A stretch of DNA of 64,000 nucleotides from Mobula birostris (Eukaryota), in assembly GCF_030028105.1 (NCBI RefSeq), contig NC_092390.1:7006001-7070000 (forward strand), read 5' to 3'. Positions within the stretch are counted from its first letter, which is position 1; every line of letters begins with the position of its first letter. Below the pieces are notes generated by a model. It made no database searches. It saw nothing but the letters and a program-made list of their open reading frames with translations, and had not been told where the DNA came from. Of the stretch, positions 37,680 to 49,587 are shown piece after piece. Position numbers and translations under genes: made by a program.

Positions 37680-38550
37680 ATTCTGCAGATGCTAGAAATC
37701 CAAAGTAACACACAAAATGCTGGAAGAACTCAGCAGGTCAGGCAGCATCAATGGAAATGAATAAACAGTCGACATTTTGGGCCGAGACCCTTCTTCAGGA
37801 CTGGAAAGGAAGGCAGAAAGTAGGGGAAGGGAGGAGGACAGCGAAAAAGTGATAAGTGAGAAAAGGAATCTGATAGGAGAGAAGAATGGATCGTGAGAGA
37901 AAGGGAAGAAAGAGAAACACCGGGGGAGATGACGGCAGGTGCAGAGAAGAGGGAAGGGGGGTGGAAAAAAATTAATGGAAGGAGAAATCAATGTTCCTGC
38001 TATGAAGTTGGAGGCTACCCAGATGGAATTATAAGGTGTTGCTCCTTCAACCTGAGTGTGGCCTCATCTTGGCACAAAAGGAGACCATGGACTGACATGT
38101 CGGAACAAAAATGGGGATAGGAATTAACAGTTGGCCACCAGGAAGTTCCACTTTTGGCAGATGGAGCAGAGATGCTCGACAAAGCAGTCGCCCAACTTAT
38201 GCCAGGTCTCACCAATGAGGAGGAGGCTGCATTTGCAGCACTCTATACAATTGACAACCCCAATACATTCACAGGTGAAGTGTTGCCTCACCTAGCAAAG
38301 ATGTTCAGGGCCCTGAATGGAGGTGAATGGACCTCTGTCACTTGCAGTGACAAGTGCTGGGGTGGAGATTAATGGGGAGAGGCAAACGTCCAAGGGAGTC
38401 AGACAGAGAGTGGAAAGTGGGGAGTGGGGGCGGCGGCTGGTAAAGGTGGTAGTGTTCCATTGAAGATGGCAGAACTTGTGAAGAATGAAATTTTGGTTGC
38501 GGAGGCTCATGAGGTGGTAGGTGAGGACAAGAGGAACCCTATCCCTGTTA
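37680..38550 (-). mobile_element. Penelope-like element fragment (degenerate GIY-YIG plus pLTR)
   Basis: Minus strand VNCIECCKCSLLLIGET and GLLLCQDEATLRLKEQHLI; hammerhead relic at 37766-37803. Confidence 0.85.
37766..37803 (-). ncRNA. Degenerate minimal hammerhead ribozyme motif
   Basis: cagtc-CTGAAGA-agggtctcggccc-AAAAtgTC-gactg; stems I and II perfect, G12 changed to A. Confidence 0.75.
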
Positions 38551-39189
38551 AGGCAGTCATCTGTCTGTCTGTCTGTCTGTCCGTCCCTCATTCCAATCCA
38601 CAACAGCAGCCTTCGCTTAAAATTGTCACTCCTACTCTGTGGGTCCCAAACAGAACCATAGAGCAAGAGAAAAGAGAGCGGGAGAGGGAGAGGGAGAGGG
38701 AGAGGGAGGCACAGTGTCAGAGTTCACACACACACAGGTAGAGACACAAAGAGAAAGATAGGTTGTATTAGTCACAGAGAGAGAGAGTTGAGTTGATCAT
38801 TAACCTCACGGTGATTTTGTATTCACTCTTGTTTTTCAGTAAGCTCTTCCACTTCCCACAACAACATGACATCTGATGGGAAATTCCACAAATCCTTCAC
38901 CTACAGTGAATTGCTTTGCACTCAGAGTGTGGGCAAACACCGTAATTGTTTATCACAAAACAGATTACTGTTTAGTTAATCTCTCCTATTGGCAATGCTT
39001 GCTGGTCAAGGATTTGCCTTCTGTCTTAAAAGCCAAGAGTCAGAATTCAAAACCAGGTTGGGAACACTGGGTAAAACCTAGATCTTCAAACATGGGGAAG
39101 ACAGAGTCAGGACAGTCAACAGAGAACATTAAGGAGGTCCTGGAGTTCATTCAATATTACCAACTACAATGCAGCTTTCAATTCTAGTT

Positions 39190-39770
39190 GTCCTATTAAA
39201 GGAAGGATGTGGAGGCTTTGGAGATGCAGTTTACCAGGATGCTGCCTGGATTAGAGTTGGATGTGCTACAAGGACGGTTGCTTCTTTTCTGGAACAAAGG
39301 GGGCTGAGGAGACCTAATTGAAGTTTGTATAATTATGAGAGGCACAGATAGAGAAGACAGCGGGTATCTTTCTCCCAGGGTCGAAATGTCTAATACCAGA
39401 GGACGTGCATTTAAAATGAAGAGGTGCAGTCCAAAGGAAATGTGCAGGGCATCACACAGAAAATGCCAGAGGAACTCAACAGGGCAGGTAGTGTCTATGG
39501 AGATAATAAACAACCAAGATTCTTCAACAGGACTGGAAAGGATGGAGGAAGAAACCAGAATAATTTTGTACACAGTTGTGGATGTCTGGAATACTTTAAC
39601 AGAGGTAGGGTGGAGGGCGATATGATAGAGGTGTTATAAACGCTTTCACTTGGCACACAAATATGCAGGGAATGGAAGGGTATGGAGCGCATGCAGGCAG
39701 AAAGGATCAGTTTAACTAGGTGTCAGCAGTTCAGCACAACACTGTGGAGAGAAGGGCCTGCCCCCAAGCT
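39190..39770 (+). mobile_element. CR1 3' fragment with a Penelope terminal piece (~39450-39560)
   Basis: ggaaggatgtggaggctttggag...tttaccaggatgctgcctgg; ORF 39335 MRGTDREDSGYLSPRVEMSNTRG. Confidence 0.75.
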
Positions 39771-40694
39771 CTGTTTGAAATGGGGGCTCCCTGACACACA
39801 GCACTAACCCCCTTCAGAGCCAGAAGTCAGCATTAATGTGGTTTTGCTCTGTACAGAATATTAGAGAGGAGAAAAGCCACGTCTGCCTGCCATCTGCTTG
39901 TGTTCTTGAGATTATTAAAGGCAGGCGACGAGGCAGCTGTAACCCAGCAAGAGTCAAATCAATCTTAATGTTTGAGTAGTCAAACGCATATCATCAAACA
40001 ATGCAAGCAGAACACACTAATAAAAAGTTCAGTCAAAACGGTTTGCATTATAATCTTATTTCCATAAAATAACCATCTTTCATTTTCCATTGCACTGGCC
40101 ATGACCCTGCTTTATACAAGCACACACAGTGAATTTCAATTCAATTTCAAGTTTATTATCATTCAACCGTACACACATATACAGCCAAATGAAACAACGT
40201 TCCTCTGGACCAAGGTGCACAACGCAATACAAACAACACCACCATAAATAAATTAACAAATAATACAATATATTCCAGAAGATTAACATTTAGCACAAGG
40301 TCCATTTATGACACAAGTTAAAAAGTAAACGGTATAACGCTACAGGCACTTCATACGTGATGGAACCTGGGTGCTGGCAGGGAGTTCAGTCATCTCACAG
40401 CCTGGGGGGAGACACGGTTAGCGGAGCCGGAGTGGCCACTGCTGGGTGCGACACATTCTTGAGAACTTTGAGAGTGGTGTTTCACAATTCAGATTTAAAA
40501 GATAAGAAAGTGATGAGGAAGGTCATCTATAATTTAATGAGTATCAACTCAATTAAACCAGATTAAAGCTCTTAAATTCTACAGACTGGATGGGTTCCCA
40601 TGGAGAGTGGGAGCAAAGGACACCACATACAACTCTACATGATAAAGGAGGCCTTTACCCCACTGGATCCTGCCAGGTGCCATGAGAGCAATTC

Positions 40695-40808
40695 CTCCAG
40701 TCCAGTCCCACCCGTCCAGTCCCTCCAGCCCAGTCCAGTCCCATCTGTCCAGTCCCTCCAGCCCCACCCATCCAGTCCCTCCTCCAGTCCAGTCCCACCA
40801 GCCCAGTC
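40695..40808. repeat. CCAGT-rich degenerate tandem repeat
   Basis: Repeated tccagtccctccagc / ccagtcccac units. Confidence 0.8.
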
Positions 40809-41239
40809 TCTCTCTCAGTGCAGACAGCCGACAGCCCACAGCCATGGCTGAAGGACCTTGCTTCACTGTTGTTCTATGGTTTGTGCCAGGCAGAAGCGCT
40901 GACTGCTATGCCAGATGAAGCCTACGTGATTACCCCTTCAGCTCTTGGGCAGGAAAAGTTTTCACAGTGCCATAGCATCGCAGAGAGTCACAACACATAA
41001 ACAGGCCCTTCAGCCCATCAAAGCTGTGCAGACTATCAATCAGCCCTACAGCAACTGCATTGCACTCCTCCTATCAGTCATCTCCCAGTTTCTAACATTC
41101 ACTTACATACTAAGGGCTGTTTACAATGACTAAACAATCTGAGAACACATGAATTTTTATCATATTTTATTAAAGCCTGAATGCTGTGTAATGTCAATCA
41201 CCTCATTCTGGACATCAAGGCCTTATTCTGACCAAGTTG

Positions 41240-41900
41240 ACCTTCTGCTGACATTGACGGGCTATCATAGCAACATCCTTTCCCTCAATGTCGACAAAAG
41301 AGCTGCTCATTGACTTCAGAAAGAGGGACAGAGCACATCCTCCTGTCCACATCACTGAGAGGTTGAGAGCTTCAGGTTCCTCGGTGTGAACATCCCCAGT
41401 ATCATCCTGGTCCAGTATGTTGACGTCGTGGCCAAGAAAGCTCGCCAATGCCTCGACTTCCTCAAGAGGCTAAAGGAATTTGCATGACCCATATCAAGTT
41501 TTAATCAATGCCCCACAGAAAGCATTCTGTCTGGATGTATATGGCTTGGTATGGCAACGGCTCTACCTGTGACTACAAAGAACTGCAGATCATAGACAAC
41601 CAGCCTCCCCTACATAGACATTGTCGACACTTCTCACTGCCTCACTAAAGCAGCCCACATAATCGAAGACCCCAGCCGCCCCAGTTATTCACTCTTCTCT
41701 CCCGCCTCCCAACGTCAGGTGGAAGATAGCACGCACCACCAGGCTCAAGGACAGCTTCTATCTCACTGTTATCAGACTCTTAAATGGATGTTTAGTATGA
41801 TAAGATGGACTCTTGGCCTCGCAATCTACCTCATTATGTTCTTGCACATTATCATTCACCTACCCTGCACTTTTTCAGTACATTTTACAGTTTATTCTCC
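41240..41900 (+). mobile_element. Rex1/Babar-type LINE fragment
   Basis: ctcaatgtcgacaaaagagctgctcattgacttcagaaag and gaaagcattctgtctggatgtat...tggtatggcaac. Confidence 0.7.
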
Positions 41901-42689
41901 ACTGCTACTGTTTTAGGAACAGCTCCTTCCCCTCTAAAGCCAGCCTTCTGAATGGGCCATGAACCCGTGAACACTGTCTCGTTAATCTTGCTTTGCACAA
42001 CATAAGTCCGTGACAATAAACCCGATTCTAAATAAAGAACAAAATCTTTCCAATGTTCTTTGATCTCTCCCTTTCCTGGTTGTTCACCGTAATATTTTGG
42101 AGATAAGTACCTAACTACTGGAGTTTCCAAACTCTCCTGCAGAGATGTCAACTCTTGTATAATGGCTATAAATTACATTGGTAAATACATAGTGGGAGAA
42201 AAGCAGCTTCCCTACAACCCCATTAGGTACAAAGATTCCAATTCAGTAATAACTAACTATATTTATCTAGTGTAAAACCACCCTGCATTTAATGATTTCT
42301 TTATGGTTCCCTGAGTGCAGAAGATTAAGAGTGATATATTTAGGTATGTTATGGTTAAGCTTTTCACAGAGGTTCATGGATAGAAAGTACTTCCAACAAA
42401 ATGGAGGGATGGTGCAGTCAGACTAAGGGTTCATAATCTTTATTTCAGAGCACAGCTGTGGACAGACGTGACCCAGGAAGAGACATTTCTTCACAAATAT
42501 TTGAAGGATAAGAACTTTAGAAGCATGAGAAAGCTATTTGGTCCATCAGGCCTACACTAGAGCAGCTGTCAAACTTGTAGGAGGGACAGCTAAGTTTGAG
42601 ACATTCAGCTTTCCATTACATGGGGGTGAGGAGCAATTCAGAGCAAACACAGACAGGTGGCAACTCAGCTTCAGATCAGCTGAAAGACA

Positions 42690-43115
42690 GGATAGACCAC
42701 ACAGTCCATTTAGCCCATCGAATCTTCTCCTACACTTCTTCACAGCTGATTCCCTCTCAAATCCTTTCTCCTGCCTTCTTCCCAAAACCTTTTTCACCCT
42801 TACTAATTAATCTATCAACCTCTGCTTTAAATACACCCAGTGACCTAGCCTGCACAGGAATCTGCGGCAATAAATTCCACAGATTCACCGAAGTCTGACT
42901 CAGAAAACTCCTCCTCAACGCTGTTCTAAAGGGACATCCTTCTGTTCTGGCACTGTGCCCTCTGGTCCTAGATTCTCCCACTACAGGAAATCTTCTCCAA
43001 GCCTTTCAATGTCCAATAGGTTTCAATGAGATCTCCCATCATTCTTCTAAATTCCAGTGAGTACAGGCTCAGAGGCATCAAACACTCCTCATACATTAAC
43101 CTTTTCATTCCTGGG
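42690..43115 (-). mobile_element. CR1 3' fragment
   Basis: ORFs 42757-42981 and 42968-43168 (GESRTRGHS, LYSLEFRRM.GDLIETY). Confidence 0.85.
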
Positions 43116-43699
43116 ACATCTGTCCTGTCACATTCTGGTTTGTGATGTATATCACTCAGGAACTCCACACAAAATTGGATTTACTAGCTCTGACATACAT
43201 CATGAAATGTGTTATTTTGCAGCAGTACAGTACAAGACAAAAAAAAAACTCAGTCACAATTAAAAAATAAAATAAACGAAAATTTCAAAAGAGAAATGCA
43301 TGAAAAAATTACTAAAAGTTACAAAAGATTTTTTTTTAAATAGTGCAATAAGAGAGCAAAGAGTGTGGGAGTGTTCATGGGTCCATGAATATCTCTGCCT
43401 CGATGTCAACTCAGGCCCGGTTAACTTCATATCTCCTGACAGATATGTGGTTGCTCCTTAACAATAATAACCTGTGAAACATGCCTGCTTGAGAAAGGAC
43501 TGACATTAATAACACCATCATATCTCTCAAAACCAGCCTATGGTAATTTAGATATAATTAATTACCATCGTTAGGTGGCAGCTGCTATATACCACACAAG
43601 CTGATGATGCACGGGCCCCTTCTAAGGCAGCGACAAACACCCACAGGGACACGAGTGCGGACAAGGTCCATCTCCAGATCAATAATCTTAGACTTGTAG

Positions 43700-44495
43700 G
43701 GATTCCCATTTCAACTTGTCAGCCCACGGCCTCCTCTACTGCCTCAAGGATGCGTATTCAGGTTGGAGGAACAACACCTCATATTCTGTCTGAGTAGCCT
43801 CCAACCTAATAGCGTGAATATCAATATCTTAAACTTCTGGTAATTTCTCTCCCTTCGCCCTTTTACTATTCCCCATTCTGGCTCCCCCCCTTACTCCCCT
43901 TTTCCTCACCTGCCCATCAACCCCCCTCTGGTGCCCTTCCTCCTCTTTTTCCTATGCTCCTCTCCAATTGCATTCCTCCTTCTTCCACTGATCACCTCCC
44001 AGTTTCTAACTCTACCCCACCCACCTACCTACCTACTCCCTCAACTTTTTTAGTTTTATTGAGGCACAGAGCGGAAAAGACCCTTCCGTCCCTCAAGCTG
44101 CACCACCCTGCATTCCCCAGTTTAACCCGAGCCTAATTAATTTACAATGATCAATTAACCTACCAACCATTACGTCTCTCGACTGTGGGAGGAAACCTGA
44201 CCACCTGGAGGAAACCCACATGGTCATGGGGAGAAGGCACAAACTCCTTGCAGGCTGTGGCAGAAATTGAACCTGGGTCACCTGTACTATAGAGCGTTGT
44301 GCAAACCACTATGTCTGGCCTTGCCGATAACCCGCCAGCTTGTGCTCATTTCCCTCACGCCACCTTGTTATCCTCTCTCCTTCCCCCACCTTTTTCCAGC
44401 CCCGAAGAAGGGTCTCGGCCTGAAACGTTGACTGGTTATTCCTTTCCATAGATGCTGTCTGGCCTGCTCAGTTCCTCCAGAATTTTGTGTCTTGT
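43700..44495 (+). mobile_element. Penelope-like fragment with nested minus-strand V-SINE (~44050-44315)
   Basis: RLEEQHLIFCLSSLQPNSVNI C-terminus, pyrimidine tract, hammerhead relic at 44397-44434. Confidence 0.85.
44397..44434 (+). ncRNA. Degenerate minimal hammerhead ribozyme motif
   Basis: cagcc-CCGAAGA-agggtctcggcct-GAAACGTT-gactg; keeps GAAA and the ACGT palindrome, U4 changed to C. Confidence 0.7.
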
Positions 44496-44683
44496 TAGTA
44501 GAGGTGATGTTCTCACCACAGAACTGTGCCCTTTCATTGTCGAATTCCTACAGTGAGCATTACAAGTTTTCTTTTCGCCTCAACGTTGACTGGGTTTTTA
44601 ACAATCTTGGTCACCAGGGCCATTCTGAGATCCGAACAACAGCTGCTATGCTTTCAGTGTCTGAGACCCCAGCCTCGGAAATA

Positions 44684-45655
44684 CAATGGATTTTAATTGA
44701 TTGGGACACATCAGGGCAAGTACATTTCAGCCCAATTAAACGGATGCCCCAATTAGCTGAAGTTTCATGGAAATAGTTAGAAAAGTGTAATAAAGACAAA
44801 TAAGTATAATAAAGCTTAACAGTAACAAATTATGTATTTTAGCAGATTAGAAACTACCAATAATACTACAGTACTACAAAACTGTATTCAATATCAACGG
44901 GGAAATTCACCCAATGTATGCTGCCATGAACAGGATGTCCAGGGAGGGGTAGCGCCTCTGGTGAAGGAGCTTGCCATGTCCATTCTGGGGCAGCTCACTC
45001 AGCTTTGGGCCCCACTGGACATCAGCTCGCACCGGTGGCTCCAAGCCGCAACACCCGGGTACACTGCTTCGACTGGCAGGCTGAACCAGGCGAGGACAGC
45101 CGGCAGGCCCCATACCCTGGTGAAACAGGGACATGCCTGTCCTAGCATGTGAAGTCAGCTCTGGAAGACTGCACAGATGAGATCAACAGAGAGATCCGAT
45201 GGCCAAGGTGGTCCTGCAACGTTTCAAGGAGAGCGAAGGCCTGATAAGGCCCAGGAGAAGTCATGGCTATCCACTGTAACCAGGGAAAGCCTGGTTTGTG
45301 ATGACTACTTGTGCTATTGGGCCCAGACTTCCATGTTCAAGAGACTGGAATTGTCCCGATGCAATGGCTTCTCCCGCACATTTCACTGTCATCGTCAGAT
45401 ACGATGGACAACTAATACACTGCCATGTTCTTTTTATTGACCTTAAATGAACAAAATTGCGCAGACACCTAGTACAGATAATGTATTGTCTTCATACAAT
45501 GGTTTTGATGAATGCATCGTCCAAATCTTCATTTTCATTGTAACATTAAAAATGATTATCGATACCTTCAAACTCTTCATAGTGCCTAACTTATTGAAAC
45601 AGTAAAATTGTTTCATTGTCACTCCCAGCTGTTTCTGGCATCCCCAAGTCTGAAC
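44684..45655. mobile_element. Tigger/pogo-like DNA transposon remnant interrupted by an RTE-derived element
   Basis: TA then caatggattttaattgattgggacac...gcccaattaaacggatgccccaattagctg, resembling a Tigger terminus; acidic transposase-like tail on the minus strand at 45500-45650. Confidence 0.55.
44930..45412 (+). mobile_element. GC-rich short retroelement, probably RTE-derived
   Basis: Sharp GC-rich block in an AT-rich host; ctggtgaaggagcttgc head with gatgtccag/ctggacatc stem; tail gtcatcgtcagatacgatggacaac. Confidence 0.5.
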
Positions 45656-46273
45656 CACAGTGAGCAAAATGGTTCTAAATGATGTTACTGCTTTTCTCAC
45701 CAACTATCACTGACAAACACCAGAACAAGCAACTTAGTAAAATACAGCTTTCAAGAACATGGCACTCCCTCGAGTACTGCACTGCTGAAACGTCATTTCA
45801 GAAGGTAAAATAGATCTGATCCACACCCATAACTTCTGGATATGGTAGGGATGACATTTAACATCAAGATACAGTATTAATAAACGCCTCCCAAACTGCA
45901 AGTCTTGCTCACTAATAGCTTTCAAATGACAATTGTTATAACTTTTAATGAACACGTACAGCCTCAAAGCCACTTTAAGATTGGCTACAGCTGGCTGTTA
46001 AATAAATCGCGCACTAACACACACTTGTGGAACAAAACTGCTTAGCGTTTGGGAACGTGTTCTCACTTGATGTGCACAACACAACTCGGAAATATTTTGT
46101 ACACTAATTCAGTTGGTTTTGATTACTGATTTAATTGTTCGGAACAACATTGTGGGCCGAAGGGTCTGTTCCTGTGCTGTACTAATGTTCTAATACAAAC
46201 CAAAGGGTCCCTCACAGTCACTACACAACCTCTGGCAGTCGGGACTACAGATGGCGCCAAACAGGCCACTTAC

Positions 46274-46306
46274 AAACCGCTCCCCTTTACTTCAGGTTTT
46301 CATTCT
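46274..46306 (-). other. Candidate 33-nt non-coding exon 2
   Basis: Acceptor tatattttctttctcctggcacAG, exon AGAATGAAAACCTGAAGTAAAGGGGAGCGGTTT, donor GTAAGT; stop codons in all three frames. Confidence 0.5.
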
Positions 46307-47071
46307 CTGTGCCAGGAGAAAGAAAATATAAACGACCAGCAAATGAACATACTGTACCTGGAAACTGAATCCTTCTGCTAAAAGCCTCACAGACTCATCC
46401 AGCTTCAACACGAACCCAGAATTAAAAATCCACCTCTGTTTTCCCCCGAGGCACGAACACGCCCCCCAACCTTTCCCCAGCGGGACAAGGAGGTGAGCAT
46501 GTCCCAACGTCATCCTACCGATCCTGGACTACCAGGTAACAGTCTCTGACTTGATGGTCTTCTCCAATCGCCATGCACTGACCGGGTTTCTAATATCCTG
46601 GGCAAAGACGCAATCTGGGATCTATTCAAGGGTTGTGATGCTTCCTCTAACCCAGGCCTAAACCATTAACATCTCCTCCTCATCTCTCTCCCCGTGATCT
46701 ACCTTATGTCTACCTCCTTGACAAACATATCCCATCTCCTTTAACGTCTGTCGAGGCCCAGCATGTAATGTTTATATTTTTTGAAAAACAAATACACTCT
46801 GCTGGGGCGCCATGCACGTCGTTTTCAAGGGTGTATACAATACATATAAGTTGTCCGGTAAGTGCGCGCACCACAAAATGTGAATAAATCCGACTAATTG
46901 ACAGGATTTGCTGAACATCTGTTTTTTCCCAGTTAATGCCAGAATATTTATGTCCCTTTTTTGGGGGGAGGTTGGGGAACGCAGTAAACCTCGGACAGAG
47001 AAATGTTTTCCTAAAAAGCAACGCACACAGAACCGATCGATAAACACTCCCCACACTCGCGCACCACTTAC

Positions 47072-47320
47072 CGTCGACCGAGTTCGCTTCTCTCCGGGAG
47101 TATAACAAGTGGTTGGCCCCGGATCCCGGGTCCCTTCCCAGACCCTGCGAATGCTCCCCCCTGGAATTCTTCGAGTAATCCAACCTCCGCAACGCCAGAG
47201 CGCTCAGGACGGCAAAAACAGGGAGCCTGCGCCTGGCAAAAGTTACCACATCGCCAGTCAGAGTGGGTAGCTGCCGGGCGCCGCTCTCCAGCTTCGTTAC
47301 AGAACAGGCAACGATGTGTA
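47072..47320 (-). other. Candidate non-coding first exon (5' boundary uncertain)
   Basis: Strong donor ACG/GTAAGTGG (intron begins at 47071) inside the CpG island; the only ATG opens a two-codon uORF (ATG TGG TAA). Confidence 0.55.
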
Positions 47321-47400
47321 GGGGAGGGAGGGAGGGAGGGAGGGAGGGAGGGAGAGAGGAAGGGAGGGCAGGAGGAGGAAGGGGGACCCCGAAGGGGAGG
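47321..47400. repeat. (GGGA)8 polypurine tract
   Basis: Direct inspection. Confidence 0.95.
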
Positions 47401-48259
47401 TGTGACTAACTACGGGTTCTTATGAAATCTGTACCCTCATGTTCCAACCGCGAGGGGAAATTGTCACTCCCGATAAACTCGGTCTACGGGAAGATTCTTG
47501 TACTTTCTTGCTGAGACATTAAATGTATTTTTAATCGTGGAACTCAGACACGGGAGGGGGGGTGAGGATAAGTGAGACTGACCTGAAACTGATACCACGA
47601 TCGATCTGGGTGGCGGGCAAAACTACAATGAAAAAAGGAGGCAGTGAAATGGATTGCATAAAAAATACATAAGGTTGTGCTGTGTCCGCCTTCTATCTAG
47701 GAACCCTCTCAGTAGCCCTTCCGGATTCCTGGACTCTGACTGGCGAGGTGTTGAAGTCGAAGACTGAATAGTTTTTTTCTCTCTCCTCCTGCCGGCCGCA
47801 TGTTCAGTGCGCCGCAAACCTCAAAGTAAATAGTTCTCCGCTGTCCGGCTGATAAGAGTTGGGGCTGCGCTCTTTATTTGGGGTTGGAAGATGGCATTTT
47901 AGAGTGGGCGCATTTGAGCAAACTGCAGCGAGATATGAACGGCCTCCATTTGTATAGCGCTTGCCACGTCCCACGGCGCTTTGCTTCCTCGAACCAAAAA
48001 TTAGCAGCGAGACTCGGTAGGTGACATCAAAGTGGTTGTGGAGGAGGGGGGGGATCTCCTAGTGAGTGTGAAGAACCTGTGGAATTCTCTACCACGTAAA
48101 GCAGTTGAAACCAAAACCGATAATTATATTCAGGAATGAATTGCGTACTTCTATAGAGCTGCTGGGAGCAAGGGCAATGGGGAGATGACTGGAACTGAAG
48201 AAGGATTTTGGATAATTAGCCATGATGACGTTAATTGGTTGGGCAGTTCCAAAGAGCCC

Positions 48260-48500
48260 AATGGGGTGGCACGCTGTTAGCACAAAGCTTTGCCGGGTTC
48301 AATTCCCATCGCTGCCTGTAGGGAGTTTCTACATTCTTCCTGTGACCGCCTGGGTTTCCTCCAAAGACCTACCAGTTGGTAGGTTAATTGGGCATTGGAA
48401 ATTGTCCCATGATAGGCTAGGATTAAATGGGGGGGGGGATTGCTGGGTGGAGCAGCTCAAAGGGCCAGCAGGGTGTACTCCTGCTATACCTCAATAAATG
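48260..48500 (+). mobile_element. V-SINE
   Basis: ccgggttcaattccc B box, V-domain, tail gctatacctcaataaa. Confidence 0.8.
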
Positions 48501-48504
48501 ATAG

Positions 48505-49112
48505 AAAGACAGACATACTATATTGATCCAGAGGGAAATTGGGTTTGGTTACAGTTGCACCAACCAAGAATAGAGTATAAATATAGCAATATAAAACCAT
48601 AAATAATTAAATGGTAATATGTAAATTATGCCAGGAAATAAGTCCAGGACCAGCCCATTGGCTCAGGGTGTCTGACCCTCCAAGGGAGGAGTTGTAAAGT
48701 TTGATGGCCACAGGCAGGAATGACTTCCTATGACACTCTGTGTTGCATCTCAGTGGAATGAGTCTCCGGTTGAATGTACTGCTGTGCCCAGCCAGTACAT
48801 TATGTAGTGGATGGGAGACATTGTCCAAGATGGCATGCAACTTAGACAGCATCCTCTTTTCAGACACCACCATCAGAGAGTCCAGTTCCATTCCCACAAC
48901 ATCACTGGCCTTACGAATGAGTTTGTTGATTCTGTTGGTGTCTGCTACCCTCAACCTGCTGCCCCAGCACACAACAGCAAACATGGTAGCACTGGCCACC
49001 ACAGACTCGTAGAGCATCCTCAGCATCGTCCAACAGATGTTGAAGGACCTCAGTCTCCTCAGGAAATAGAGACGGCTGTGACCCTTCTTGTAGACAGCCT
49101 CAGTGTTCTTTG
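48505..49112 (-). mobile_element. Young Rex1-like LINE 3' fragment with uninterrupted ORF end
   Basis: ORF 48607-49026 LYESVVASATMFAVVCWGS...NRINKLIRKA...HPLH...RCNTE.HRKSFLPVAIKLYN. Confidence 0.85.
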
Positions 49113-49587
49113 AATGGATAAATGTCCCAGTGGTGCTACTGTTTTCTGTAAGGAGATAATTAGGCTGATTTGAGGTTCTAGTCTAGTCTAGGTTATAGGG
49201 GTAAACATGTAAGGCAAGCTTTTCACTGTATCTTGGTACATGTGGCAAAATAACATACCAAAACCAATAGGTTCAAGTTTTGGGGGAGTAGATTTAGGCG
49301 CACCTCGTTCTGGTCTTACTTGTTTCTTGATACATACACCTGCTAGGGTGCATTCTCCAGATACCTTATAAGCTGCACTGCACTTTCTCTGGAGCTGGTT
49401 CACTTTATTTTGCATTTTGTTAATGTTCCACCTCAATGCACTGTGTTATGATCTGATCTGCATGCACGGTCTGCACGACAAGCATCTCACTGTATCTCGG
49501 TACGGTGACAATAATAAATTCAATCCCAATGTCAGCTTTGCCCAGGGAATCAGTAGAGACTACCTCATTAAATGTATTTAAGACATC

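Larger units (their letters stand above)
46200..48050. promoter_or_regulatory. CpG island / probable promoter
   Basis: Marked CpG enrichment in apparently non-repeat sequence against a CpG-poor background; contains consensus splice donors. Confidence 0.75.

Noticed and set aside
46710-47249. 179-aa ORF in the CpG island as a host CDS
   Set aside because: GTG start, runs through a consensus splice donor, no recognisable domain; open frames are common in GC-rich DNA.
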